A DNA stretch of 64,000 bases from positions 64,001-128,000 of the forward strand of contig OY969706.1 of the NCBI GenBank assembly GCA_963702095.1, read 5' to 3'. This document shows, piece after piece, positions 29,346 through 38,906 of this stretch (position 1 is the stretch's first letter; every line of letters begins with the position of its first letter). Both the position numbers and the translations under genes were made by a program. The stretch comes from Candidatus Bathyarchaeota archaeon (GTDB lineage: Archaea > Thermoproteota > Bathyarchaeia > Bathyarchaeales > Bathycorpusculaceae). The notes below the pieces were generated by a model that did no database searches, was not told the origin of the DNA, and saw only the letters and a list, made by a program, of their open reading frames with translations.

Positions 29346-29524
29346 GACCGTGTTGGGGTGTAACCCGTTTTTTTGCCAAGACTTATGGCGCCATAAAGCT
29401 ATTTAGGTCGCTTAGCAGGCAGGGCTTATGGAAAAATACTCCTTGCTAATTCAATATGCCGTTTAATTTACAGAAATAGATCATCTTTAAAAGCCTGCAA
29501 ACCCTCTAAAAGGGCACTTAAACG

Positions 29525-29803
29525 GTGAAAGTTTTGTCACAGAAAATTTATGGTAGAATAACTAATTACCGAGTGGGCAATAAGTCACAAACCCCAAAAG
29601 AATGCCTTATAGAATTTCAAGGCATAAGTTCCGCGTCATTAGCAGGCAAGTTAGTTGGGCAAAAAGTAGCTTGGAAATCAGGAAAAAGCGTTTTTCTTGG
29701 ACAAGTCAAAGGGCCCCATGGCAGAAACGGCATGGTTAAAGTGCGATTTCGCCACGGAGTTCCCGGTGAAGCAATCGGAACAGTCGTTGAACTACTAAGC
29801 TAA
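29525..29803 (+). CDS. rpl35ae: 50S ribosomal protein L35Ae
   Basis: LVGQKVAW...GQVKGPHGRNGMVKVRFRHGVPGEAIG. Confidence 0.92.
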   Translation: MKVLSQKIYGRITNYRVGNKSQTPKECLIEFQGISSASLAGKLVGQKVAWKSGKSVFLGQVKGPHGRNGMVKVRFRHGVPGEAIGTVVELLS

Positions 29804-29862
29804 ACACACGAATTATTTAACAGGCGGGCTTTTCTTGCCCATCCTTCCGGTTATAGTTATAG

Positions 29863-30117
29863 GTGGAGAGAGAAGTCAAGACAATTAAAGGTTGGAGAAT
29901 GCTGAAACACGAAGGCGGCTACCTCAATGAATCCACAGGGCAGACTCTGGTTATTGCAAAGAAACAATTCAGCAATAACTACCATGTCTTGGTCTTTGTT
30001 GCGCAACGGACTGAAGAAAAAGACGGCAGGGTAATTTCACCCGAATTTTCAACCGAGACTAAAGCAGAAGCATACGCCGTTAAGCTTATGGCTAAGCAGC
30101 CAAATGGGATAGCGTAA
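29863..30117 (+). CDS. Hypothetical protein
   Basis: 84-aa ORF with terminator-like T tract downstream. Confidence 0.65.
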   Translation: MEREVKTIKGWRMLKHEGGYLNESTGQTLVIAKKQFSNNYHVLVFVAQRTEEKDGRVISPEFSTETKAEAYAVKLMAKQPNGIA

Positions 30118-30249
30118 GTGTTTATTCTTTTTTCCCCGCTAAGTGAGCATTGGATGTAGCAATTGGTCCTCTGCACCATGTATTTGGACGAAAAATATCT
30201 CTCCTTTATAAGCTGACAAAACCATTTTCTAATGGCTTGAAAAACTGCT

Positions 30250-30438
30250 TTGCAGGAGTCAGCTATTCAAAAGGTGAATTCAATGTTGGATTACTACAAA
30301 ACATCAAATCGCAACAACTCTTATCTTCAAGAGAATTTCAAATGCACAATATGCTCTGCATGCTTCAAAAACCCTGACGAACTAAGGAAACACAGAATGA
30401 TCGATCACAAAACACACTTGCTTACCTTCAAGCGGTAA
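30250..30438 (+). CDS. C2H2 zinc-finger small protein
   Basis: FKCTICSACFKNPDELRKHRMIDH. Confidence 0.65.
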   Translation: MQESAIQKVNSMLDYYKTSNRNNSYLQENFKCTICSACFKNPDELRKHRMIDHKTHLLTFKR

Positions 30439-30652
30439 AAATCCAAAGCTCTTTAAAAAACGATACAATTGTTGGAAAGAAACGCCCAAACGATGTCTCA
30501 GCATGCAAATACAGACGGGAAAAGGTAGCAACTCATTTTCTTTTGTCTTCTGTAGCTTTCTGTTTTTTACTTAGACAATCCATCGATTTACAATAATTAA
30601 CTGCTTAGAAATGAGGGTAAAAAGTAAAAGGGGTAAGTTTGAACTGTTTAGC

Positions 30653-31441
30653 TCAAACTCTCTTTATGGGGGTTCGTATTACCTTTTCCGATATTATGGT
30701 TCGAGGTTTTATTGTAGATACTGCTGTAGCTATGACAGTGCTGTAGGCCTTAGCATTTGGGTCGCCTAATAACCGCAGATGGTCACGATCATGAAGCATC
30801 AATCCAGCAGCCGAAGCATCTACACTGGCTAACTCGTTATATTTTTCGGTGTATTTCTGAATGGCAATGTCGTAGGCTTGTTGGTAAGTTTTGCCTTCAA
30901 GAAGCGCATAGTTTGCGGCGTTTGCAGCTTCTGTGAACTTAGCCAGGTACCATAAATGTACCCAATGTAGTTCATCATAGCCCAGATATGCTTTGGTCTC
31001 CGCTGAACTGACAGCTAAAGGCCCCAAGCCGATTGCACTCTCACATGATACTGTGCTAACCGCTCTTTTTGTTAGCAGATCAACGTTTCCCGAGTCTATT
31101 GCAGCGACTATTGCATTACTGTTTTGTCCATATAACGTGTAAGAGCTTCCGTGGTCATAATGAATGATGAAGTCAGGCTTTACGCTGTTAACTGTTGTTT
31201 CTATGTTAGCACGGTTTGCATTGTTGGCTGCTAGGTCGGTTACTGTCCAGCCTTCAGCTACTGCCTTAGTTTTCACCTGTTCTGCAGCGTTATACGAAAA
31301 AACAGCAGTGTAATTGTCGCCGGGAACATTTGGTCGTATGAGTAAGAGTTTTTTAGAGGTTTTAAGGCGCCATCTATTTAGCAAGTTAGCATAAGACAGG
31401 TTTTCTACGAGCTTTTTTGCGTCTGCTGCTAGGCTGATCAT
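30653..31441 (-). CDS. Clan CD (caspase/gingipain C25/CHAT-like) cysteine peptidase
   Basis: IIHYDHGS (His-Gly), TVSCESA (Cys), AYLGY, LLGDP. Confidence 0.7.
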   Translation of the reverse strand: MISLAADAKKLVENLSYANLLNRWRLKTSKKLLLIRPNVPGDNYTAVFSYNAAEQVKTKAVAEGWTVTDLAANNANRANIETTVNSVKPDFIIHYDHGSSYTLYGQNSNAIVAAIDSGNVDLLTKRAVSTVSCESAIGLGPLAVSSAETKAYLGYDELHWVHLWYLAKFTEAANAANYALLEGKTYQQAYDIAIQKYTEKYNELASVDASAAGLMLHDRDHLRLLGDPNAKAYSTVIATAVSTIKPRTIISEKVIRTPIKRV

Positions 31442-31698
31442 TGGTCTTTTGCCCCCTTTGTCAGTTCAAGTTTCGATCTTGCCAATATCTTTGAGAATTC
31501 TTGCCCGTATTCGGTGTCGTTTTCAACTTCTTTCTCTATTTCTTGGGGTGTGAAGGTTTTTGTGCCAACGACAATGGCGGGTCGGTTTAGTTTTTCAAGG
31601 GGAATTTTGCTTTTCCATTCTTTGATGTCGTTGAGGGCTAATTGTTTTGTTATTAGTTTTTCCTTTTTTCTTTGCTCATCATACTCTTTTGCACTCAT
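31438..31698 (-). CDS. Hypothetical 86-aa protein coupled to the peptidase
   Basis: ATGA overlap with peptidase start. Confidence 0.7.
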   Translation of the reverse strand: MSAKEYDEQRKKEKLITKQLALNDIKEWKSKIPLEKLNRPAIVVGTKTFTPQEIEKEVENDTEYGQEFSKILARSKLELTKGAKDQ

Positions 31699-32115
31699 GA
31701 AAATGCCTCATTTAATATATTAAAACTCCATATATAATATTGCTTTTAAGAGGTATATTCGGCTAATCTGAAAAAGTCCATGGATATTTGTTGGATTTGT
31801 CACGCAATAAAAGGTTCGTATGCAGATTCCTTGACTGGGCCTTACTCCTACTCCAGAAACCTTGACAATACGCTTTTTCCATCGATCCCCTGGTTGCTTC
31901 GAGGCAGAGTTCTTGTTGCAATCGAGCCAGAACTATTTACCTCTGCCGGCAATTGTTCCATAGCTTTTAAGCGTTTTCTTCCCCATGAATTATGCAGCAG
32001 ATTCTATCTCAAATAGTTTAGCTATTGCAGGGCACGGCAGAAGCTGTTTGCAGATAGCTTCAGGAGACCTTTGCCGAGGCATTACCTGATTGGAATTAGC
32101 AAGCAAGCCTTCCAC

Positions 32116-32313
32116 GCTAAAAAAGCAATCGATACATGCTTCCACATCCACACCGCGACCAATTCAACATGGAGCCATGTTGAGCGTGTGGAGGAAAACA
32201 CTGTTGCCACACCGAAGCGGACAAAGAAAAACAGCCTAAACCCAAAAGCAATCGCCCTCCAACCCTTCTTATGGCAATTCTAAAACCGCCACACCCACAT
32301 AAAGAGAGAGAAC
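32116..32313 (+). repeat. Dispersed intergenic repeat, copy B (3' part)
   Basis: Homologous to copies A/C/D; hairpin TCAACATGG-AG-CCATGTTGA (32164-32183) inside TCCACAC/GTGTGGA. Confidence 0.85.
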
Positions 32314-32342
32314 ACAAAAAGAAAAAGGGTCAGGTGCTAAGG

Positions 32343-34442
32343 CTAATGGGTGCTGGTAGGCCAGGTCAGGGGCGATAAACCTTTAGTTGGTTGTTTTCTG
32401 CGACGCTTAGCTAACCCTATTCCGATCACTGTGAAAACAACCGCAAAAACTACGATTATTCCGACCAGTATCCATGTGTTGTCGCCTTGACCGCTGCCAG
32501 TTTGAAGAGTGGACACCATTGCCATTGCTTTTCCGGTATATTCAACTGGTTGCTCCAGAGTCGCATAGCCATCCTTTGAGATTTGGAATACATACGACCC
32601 GGCGGTTAAGTTTTGGAAAACAACATCGCCTGTTTCATTCGTTACACCTGACAGCGCCGCTATTCCTGCAGGCTGAGCAGTCGAAGAAACCAAAACGTCA
32701 ACTAAGAAATTCCCTTGATTGTCCAAAACGCGCAATAGCAGTGTAACTGGAGTGCTGTTGGTGGTTGTGGGAACGGTTGGACCAACGGCTACTTGGACTG
32801 TGCCATGGGAATCTATGAAATCAGTTTTTGAAGCGTTAGCGGTTATGGTACAGGTTGTTGTAGTAGAGAAGCTGGGGGCAGTAAAGATTGCGGTGTAATA
32901 GCCTGTTGGGTTCTCCTGGGTTTCTGTGAATGTTCCGCCGTTGTCTGATGTAAACGTGACTTCTGCGCCGGTTACGGGTTTTCCTAGAGCAGTGATGTAA
33001 GCAGTTATTGTAGTATCGTTTCCGTTTAGAACCTGCTTTGCTTCGCTTGTAACATTCACATGTAACGATGCAAAGTCAATGATGTATGTTGTTGCATCTG
33101 CTTCTCCGGGCGTGTAACTCGAAGCCTGAGCTGTAATCGTAGTCGTGCCTGGTGAGTTTGTTGCAGTTAATGTGCCTGTTGCCCAGGTTTTACCCAGAGG
33201 TATCGTAACTTTTGAACTCACTAGACCTACGGTGGGGTTAGATGAAAAGAGCTTTACGTTCAAGTCCATGTCAGGGGCTTGCGCTGGGTTTCCATCTACG
33301 TCCTGAAGCTGCACTTGAACTGTTTGGTATCCACCGTTGTCGGCGGGCATTGTAGATGGAACGCAGTAAACCGCGAGTGCTGAAGCAGTAAAACCAGTTG
33401 TGTTAAACGGTTGCTGTGTTGCGATAAGGTTGGTTGCTGCTGCGGTAATGTTTGTGGTGCCTGCTTTGTAGGTGGAATGGAATGTTGCTAACGCGTAAGT
33501 TTGTGATTGTGGAATGATTAGGTGTGTTTCGGTTCTGCCTATGCTTTGATCTGCCGATGCTATGGTTACGGTTATGTCGGATGGAGCCGCAACCAAGTTA
33601 CCAAATTGATCTTGCAGTTGGACTGCTATTTGGGTATATGCGCTGTTGTCAGCTAAAACTTTGGGTGATCCTGTAGAAATGCTTAGTCTGGATGGGGCAT
33701 TAGTGGCCAAGTCTGTTGTGGTTATTTTTGTGTTTGAGGATATGTAGTCGCCGGCGATGGTGGTTATTGTAGCCTCGCCGGGTGTTGTTGTGGTTTGGAA
33801 GGTTGCTTTAGCGTAGGTTTGACCTTCAGGAATCGTCACCGACGGCGTAACGTCGCCCACCAATGTGTTGGAGCATGAAAGGTAAACTTGGGTACCGCCT
33901 TTAGGCGCCCTCGCCGGTGAACCATGAACATCCTGCAACTGGACCAATACGGCTTCATAGGAGCCTCCGTTGGCGGGAAGAGTCGCTGGAAAACCGTATA
34001 CCGCTATTGTGTATGGTTTAGGTCCCACTGTTGACACTTGGGCTTGTACGGTTGAGTAGCCTGTAGCGGCTGCGGCAATCATCGTGTTGCCCGACGTAAA
34101 GGTAGCGTAAAAGTTGGCTGCCCCAAAAGTTTCGCCCGCCGCAATGGATATGGACGTATCCACGGTTCCTATTTCTGTTCGCGAAGACGACAAACTAATA
34201 GACGTATCCTGCAGAGCACGCACAGGATTCCCATCAACATCCTGCAACTCAACAAAAACACACCTATACGTACCATTATCGGCCGGCAAACTAGGCGGAC
34301 CAACAAAAATCTCAATCTTAGAAGGACAAGCAGAAGCATTCGAAGAAACTTGACCAATCAAAAGAGCCGAGCAAACGATTAATGATATTACACAGGTAAT
34401 TAGCAGTTTTTTACCTATTTTTCTCTGGTACATGGGCATCAA
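32343..34442 (-). CDS. Surface protein with tandem Ig-like (invasin/Big-1-like) repeats and C-terminal TM
   Basis: Four internal repeats (PADN..Y...VQLQD..GN), signal peptide, TM + KRRRK. Confidence 0.85.
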   Translation of the reverse strand: MMPMYQRKIGKKLLITCVISLIVCSALLIGQVSSNASACPSKIEIFVGPPSLPADNGTYRCVFVELQDVDGNPVRALQDTSISLSSSRTEIGTVDTSISIAAGETFGAANFYATFTSGNTMIAAAATGYSTVQAQVSTVGPKPYTIAVYGFPATLPANGGSYEAVLVQLQDVHGSPARAPKGGTQVYLSCSNTLVGDVTPSVTIPEGQTYAKATFQTTTTPGEATITTIAGDYISSNTKITTTDLATNAPSRLSISTGSPKVLADNSAYTQIAVQLQDQFGNLVAAPSDITVTIASADQSIGRTETHLIIPQSQTYALATFHSTYKAGTTNITAAATNLIATQQPFNTTGFTASALAVYCVPSTMPADNGGYQTVQVQLQDVDGNPAQAPDMDLNVKLFSSNPTVGLVSSKVTIPLGKTWATGTLTATNSPGTTTITAQASSYTPGEADATTYIIDFASLHVNVTSEAKQVLNGNDTTITAYITALGKPVTGAEVTFTSDNGGTFTETQENPTGYYTAIFTAPSFSTTTTCTITANASKTDFIDSHGTVQVAVGPTVPTTTNSTPVTLLLRVLDNQGNFLVDVLVSSTAQPAGIAALSGVTNETGDVVFQNLTAGSYVFQISKDGYATLEQPVEYTGKAMAMVSTLQTGSGQGDNTWILVGIIVVFAVVFTVIGIGLAKRRRKQPTKGLSPLTWPTSTH

Positions 34443-34571
34443 TCTAAAAAATAGGATTATAGCAAGTAATAAGATTTACTATGCGAGTTGTTTTTAAAAT
34501 AACTGTTCTACAAAACTACACGTCGAGAATTTAGTAGTCACTGTAGGAGATTCTTTGGGTCTTTTTTTTGG

Positions 34572-34735
34572 GATGTTGCTTTACACCCACACTTTGGCCT
34601 CTTCAACATGGGGGGTTGTTGAGTGTGTGGAAAGAATCGTTTAGGTCACATCGAAATCGGCGTTGAAAAATGTTGCTACCGCAAGAAGCAGTCACTCACA
34701 GTTACTGCCGTGTGGCACCCCACAAACCGCCACAG
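34572..34735 (+). repeat. Dispersed intergenic repeat, copy E (degenerate)
   Basis: CCCACAC...TTCAACATGG...TGTTGAGTGTGTGGA...TGTGGCA...AACCGCCACA matches copy B. Confidence 0.65.
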
Positions 34736-35026
34736 TTACATCAAAGATTAAAAACAGTTAAATTCTCGGCCCCACTGGTTAATGTAGAGCCTTTGCGGGT
34801 TAATGTATGTGTTTTTCAGCATTGCTTTGCACGGTTTCCTCATTGCCCATGAGTTTGAAGAAGCCATGTCGGCTGCTGATTTGGCTGCGTCAGTGGCGCC
34901 TTGTTGCTTTAAGGGTACTTACCGCTTTTAAATTTTCATCGATGTTAACCAAACAAAAAAGAGTTCAGAGACAAAAACTATTGAAAGATAAAATAGACAA
35001 AAAAGAAAGAAAGCCAGTTAAAGACT

Positions 35027-35929
35027 TTACATGTAGAGTTTTTCCCAGCGGTTAAAAAGCTCCAGTACATCGTCGCCGCCGTGGTCTTTTAGGAACTCAC
35101 GGGTTTCTTTGTCAGCAGCTGCTTCTTTTTGGAATTTCTGGATGTACTCTGCTTTCTCTGCTAGGAAAATGATGCCGTCAACGCCTTGGCGTGCAACACG
35201 GGTTGCAACCGTCATGATTTGTTTGGTTGTTGAAACGGTTTCCCATGTTTCGTTGGGGCCTCTGACGTAGAAGTTCACCATCACTGGTTTTTTGAGTTGG
35301 CTCTTGAAGCCACGTGCGATGGTTTCCCAGTACCACGGGGTCGGGTAGGATTTGCTGAACATGGGTATAACGAAGTAATCAGCGTATTGTGCCAGTGCTT
35401 CGAAGTCGTAGCCAAAGCGGACTTTGCCCATCAAGGGGTCTGGAAGCAAGTTAACGAAGAGTGGCTTGCCAGAGACGATTTCTTTGACTTCGGCTAGGAA
35501 GTCAGTAACTGTTTTTGCACGCCATTCCACCCAGCTTAAGCCGCTTTTTGCCTGTGCAGCAATGCATCTTGGGCAAGTGCAGAAGCCTTGATCTGCGAAG
35601 TGTTGGCTACTGATGCTGATACCGGGGGTTTTTTTGGCGCTTTCAGCGATGATTTTGAGGTTGTATTCGCGGGCTTCGGGGTTGGTCATGCAGACGACGT
35701 CCCAGCGGAGGTTGAAGCGTTTGTTTGTGCGTAGGGCTGGGCCGAATGAGCTGACAGATACCCAGTCGGGGCGTTTTGCTGCCATGTTGTTGTCGCCGAA
35801 GACAGCGATGTTAGTGTACATTTTGGGGTTTACTACTCCGACAATGCCGGATTCTGATTTTTGACGGTAGAAGTTGTAGTCGACGCCTTCTACAGGTTCG
35901 GGTTGGTAGAGGAACGTGCCGAATTTCAA
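35027..35929 (-). CDS. Probable TIM-barrel protein with CTCPRC motif (paralog of 25745-26635)
   Basis: DVVCMTNP, HFADQGFCTCPRC, WVEWRA, PDPLMGKVRFGYDF. Confidence 0.7.
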   Translation of the reverse strand: MKFGTFLYQPEPVEGVDYNFYRQKSESGIVGVVNPKMYTNIAVFGDNNMAAKRPDWVSVSSFGPALRTNKRFNLRWDVVCMTNPEAREYNLKIIAESAKKTPGISISSQHFADQGFCTCPRCIAAQAKSGLSWVEWRAKTVTDFLAEVKEIVSGKPLFVNLLPDPLMGKVRFGYDFEALAQYADYFVIPMFSKSYPTPWYWETIARGFKSQLKKPVMVNFYVRGPNETWETVSTTKQIMTVATRVARQGVDGIIFLAEKAEYIQKFQKEAAADKETREFLKDHGGDDVLELFNRWEKLYM

Positions 35930-36061
35930 GTCTAATACACCATTTTTAATTTACCAAAACATCACTTTACAGCCTTATTAAGTCTTCGCAGACAACGCCT
36001 AAGACTGTAATTTTTTGGATTTAGGCTGCTGGACTGTATAGTTTTTTGCTAGCTTCTTACT

Positions 36062-36585
36062 GTTTTTCCTTTTATGTGGGTGTGGCGGTTTTAGAATTGC
36101 CATAAGAAGGTGTTGGAGGGCAAATGCTTTTTGCTTTTGTAACGTTTTTCAGCGACTGTTATGGTGTGGGATATGGGTTTTTCTCCACATGCCCTGCATG
36201 GCTCCATATTGAATTGGTCGCGGTGTGGATGTAGAAGCATGTATCATTTGCTTTTTTCAGCACAAGAATTCAGTAACAGAAATGAACAGCGCAATGCTGT
36301 CAGGTACTAGTATGGGTCATTCAGAAAATACAAGCCAGCTTTCACCTAAAAGAAACCCAGCCCAGCCGCCGCCTATGAGCAATTTTTGTAAACAAAATAT
36401 ACGATAAAAAAACGCTATTACAAACAGCTAAACATAGCCTCAAGCGCTTTTCTAGCGGGTAAGATATTGACTGAAGGGCTCTGGAATTAAATTAACTAGT
36501 CGCGGTTGAAGAATGGTTTAGTTGCATTTTCCATTCTTTCTTCCTTTATTTTGACCAGAACCCCAGCAAAACCATCCCCAATTTA
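36062..36585 (-). repeat. Dispersed intergenic repeat, copy C (long form, reverse orientation)
   Basis: Reverse complement aligns with 3390-3883 (e.g. AATAAAG..GAATGGAAAATGCA, CTAGT..GCTGTTCA, CGCCACACCCAC). Confidence 0.85.
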
Positions 36586-36596
36586 AGCCTAACTCG

Positions 36597-38906
36597 TTAA
36601 GGCTGCTCTAATATTTTGAAGATGACGTATCGGTCGTTACTGTAAATTAACTGTAAGAGTTTGCTGTGGAGGATTTGGGTGTCAAGTTGGTTGCGGTCGT
36701 AGACTAGGAAGCCGATGTTGTTTTCTTTGATGTAGTCTTGGAAGTTTCGGGTTGTAATCGTGAACTCGGCTTGTTTGTCGAATAAGCCCTGAAGCTGGTC
36801 TGGTTGGAGGGTTGGATAGCTGCTTTTTGACAGCGTCAGCATCTGGTAGGCGCATGAAACCGTCTGGTTCACGCCGACGGTGTTGAAGTCATATTGGAAT
36901 CTTACGCTGTCTATTTGGCGGTTACCCAATGCGCCGACGTTTCCCCACTGCGGCAAAGTGGTGAATTCGAATGCGAAGCCGATGTTTTCAGTGTCATCGT
37001 AGAGGCCTAAATAGTGGTCTTTTAAGGTTGCATTGGAGAAGCCAGCGACTGTCCATTGGTTTTCATATGTTTCTCTATTCGCTGGGTCAACATCCCAAGG
37101 GTTCACCCAATCCATCAAACCCGGGATGTAAGCTTTGTCAAAGTGCCATCTCAAATCGTAGAATATGCTCAGGTAGAGGCTTGCATTAACCAACGGGTTT
37201 TTTAGAGGTCTTAGAGTCCATGAGACATCAAGCGGATAACTGTCACTATTCATAGTCACAGTCTTGGTTAACATCATGTCGTCGTTTGTGTAGGTGAAGA
37301 TTAACTGGGGGGAACTTGCGTTGTCGAACACGATTTCCTTGTTAAGCTGTGAGAGCGTAACTTTGACGGTTGACCCGTTTGTTGCTTGGTAGAATACTGC
37401 GTCGCCGCTTCCAGAAGTGTATGAAACCCTGTCCCAAACCTGGTTCATCGACACATAAGTTTCGTCCAGCAGGTCTCCTTTTGCTTGGTAAGCCTCGAAG
37501 ATGGTTTGAGTATGGTTCATTTCATAGCTCAGTGTCAAAACAGCCTCTGGAATTTCAGTGTACTGCACCGTCTGATCAGTCTGTGCAATCACGTTTTTAC
37601 CGGAAAATTCCTGGAACCAGAAACCCGGGATATCTGTGTCCACAACCCATTGGTCTCCTGGATAGTTGGTTTTGAGCCATAAGCCTGCTTCCAAGGCTTT
37701 TACGTCTGTTGTTGAGTAGTAGACGCCTGCTTCTTGGACTTTGCCGTAAACCGTGTCATAGCGCAACACAACCATGGCGGCAACCATGACGATTATCGCT
37801 ACTGTGAGGGCTTTCACCCAGGTTTTCTTGAAAACCAACCGTTTCTTTGCGCGAAGGGCAATGAACTGGTCGATGAGGAATACGACGGTGACGGCTGCCA
37901 AAATCGCCATGGGCGCTGTGAGGTAGTAAACGAACCATGCGAACGGCATAAAGAAACCTACAACGTAGGATTCTGCGAAGAAGAATGGCACAAACAGGCT
38001 TAAAACTAAAATCAGCCAGTAAAGAGGCTTCTTCTGTTTTCTTAGCAGGTAAAAGGATACTGCGACTCCGCCAAGTCCTAAGAAGAAGACGAAGCCAAAA
38101 TTGACCATGAAAGCGCCAAAGTTAACGTTAGGAATCTGATATGCGTATGTTTTGATCTCAAAAAACACGTACTTGATGACCACGTCAAGGTAGCCCGCCA
38201 TTGCTTGGAAATAGTAGAGGAAGAATGCTATGCCGCCGCCTAAGGCTAATGCAAGGACAATTTTGAGGTTTTTGCCTCTGGATTTTATGAGCATAAACAG
38301 CAGAATTGGCGGCACAATAAAGACGGCTAGAAACGCTGCTAACTGGTGAGCCAACACAAGCCCAAACGCGGCAAAGAAAGCTACCACAAGATACCCCAGA
38401 TGGTTAACTGAGAGCGGCGTGTAGAGTAAAACCAACAGCATAAACGCTAAAGCCAAAACCGTGGTGTAGCCGCCGAATTGGTTGGCTTCAAACACTGGAA
38501 AACACATCAACAGCAAAATCACAGCTGCCACCGCGACTTTTCTGTTGAAGAATTTGTTGGCAAGCAAGTAAACGGACATGAACAGCAGCCAGTCGAGGAC
38601 CACGACTAATGCTTTGACCCAGAAGATGTATTGTTCGATGCTTGCTGCGCCGCTTATGGATATGAGCATGGCGAGCACAATCTGGAAGAGCGGAGGCGTC
38701 CAACTATTGTTTGCAAGCGAAATTTGGCCTGTCCTCAGAAAAATCTGGGCTTTCTCCAAATGAACAGCGGGGTCATTACCCAAAACCACCCCGTTCATGG
38801 AGACGACAAGGTAGAACATGACAAGGATGACCACTGAGAAAACCGCTATGAAGGCGAGTTCTAACTGTTTCTCTTTTAGCATCCAAATATGCAAGTAGCC
38901 CTTCAC
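36597..38906 (-). CDS. GT-C-type multi-pass membrane glycosyltransferase-like protein
   Basis: GNDPAVH after first TM, WTPPLF, ~12 TMs, large C-terminal extracellular domain. Confidence 0.7.
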   Translation of the reverse strand: MKGYLHIWMLKEKQLELAFIAVFSVVILVMFYLVVSMNGVVLGNDPAVHLEKAQIFLRTGQISLANNSWTPPLFQIVLAMLISISGAASIEQYIFWVKALVVVLDWLLFMSVYLLANKFFNRKVAVAAVILLLMCFPVFEANQFGGYTTVLALAFMLLVLLYTPLSVNHLGYLVVAFFAAFGLVLAHQLAAFLAVFIVPPILLFMLIKSRGKNLKIVLALALGGGIAFFLYYFQAMAGYLDVVIKYVFFEIKTYAYQIPNVNFGAFMVNFGFVFFLGLGGVAVSFYLLRKQKKPLYWLILVLSLFVPFFFAESYVVGFFMPFAWFVYYLTAPMAILAAVTVVFLIDQFIALRAKKRLVFKKTWVKALTVAIIVMVAAMVVLRYDTVYGKVQEAGVYYSTTDVKALEAGLWLKTNYPGDQWVVDTDIPGFWFQEFSGKNVIAQTDQTVQYTEIPEAVLTLSYEMNHTQTIFEAYQAKGDLLDETYVSMNQVWDRVSYTSGSGDAVFYQATNGSTVKVTLSQLNKEIVFDNASSPQLIFTYTNDDMMLTKTVTMNSDSYPLDVSWTLRPLKNPLVNASLYLSIFYDLRWHFDKAYIPGLMDWVNPWDVDPANRETYENQWTVAGFSNATLKDHYLGLYDDTENIGFAFEFTTLPQWGNVGALGNRQIDSVRFQYDFNTVGVNQTVSCAYQMLTLSKSSYPTLQPDQLQGLFDKQAEFTITTRNFQDYIKENNIGFLVYDRNQLDTQILHSKLLQLIYSNDRYVIFKILEQP

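Noticed and set aside
31780-32016. 78-aa ORF upstream of repeat copy B
   Set aside because: No motif, SD or compositional support.
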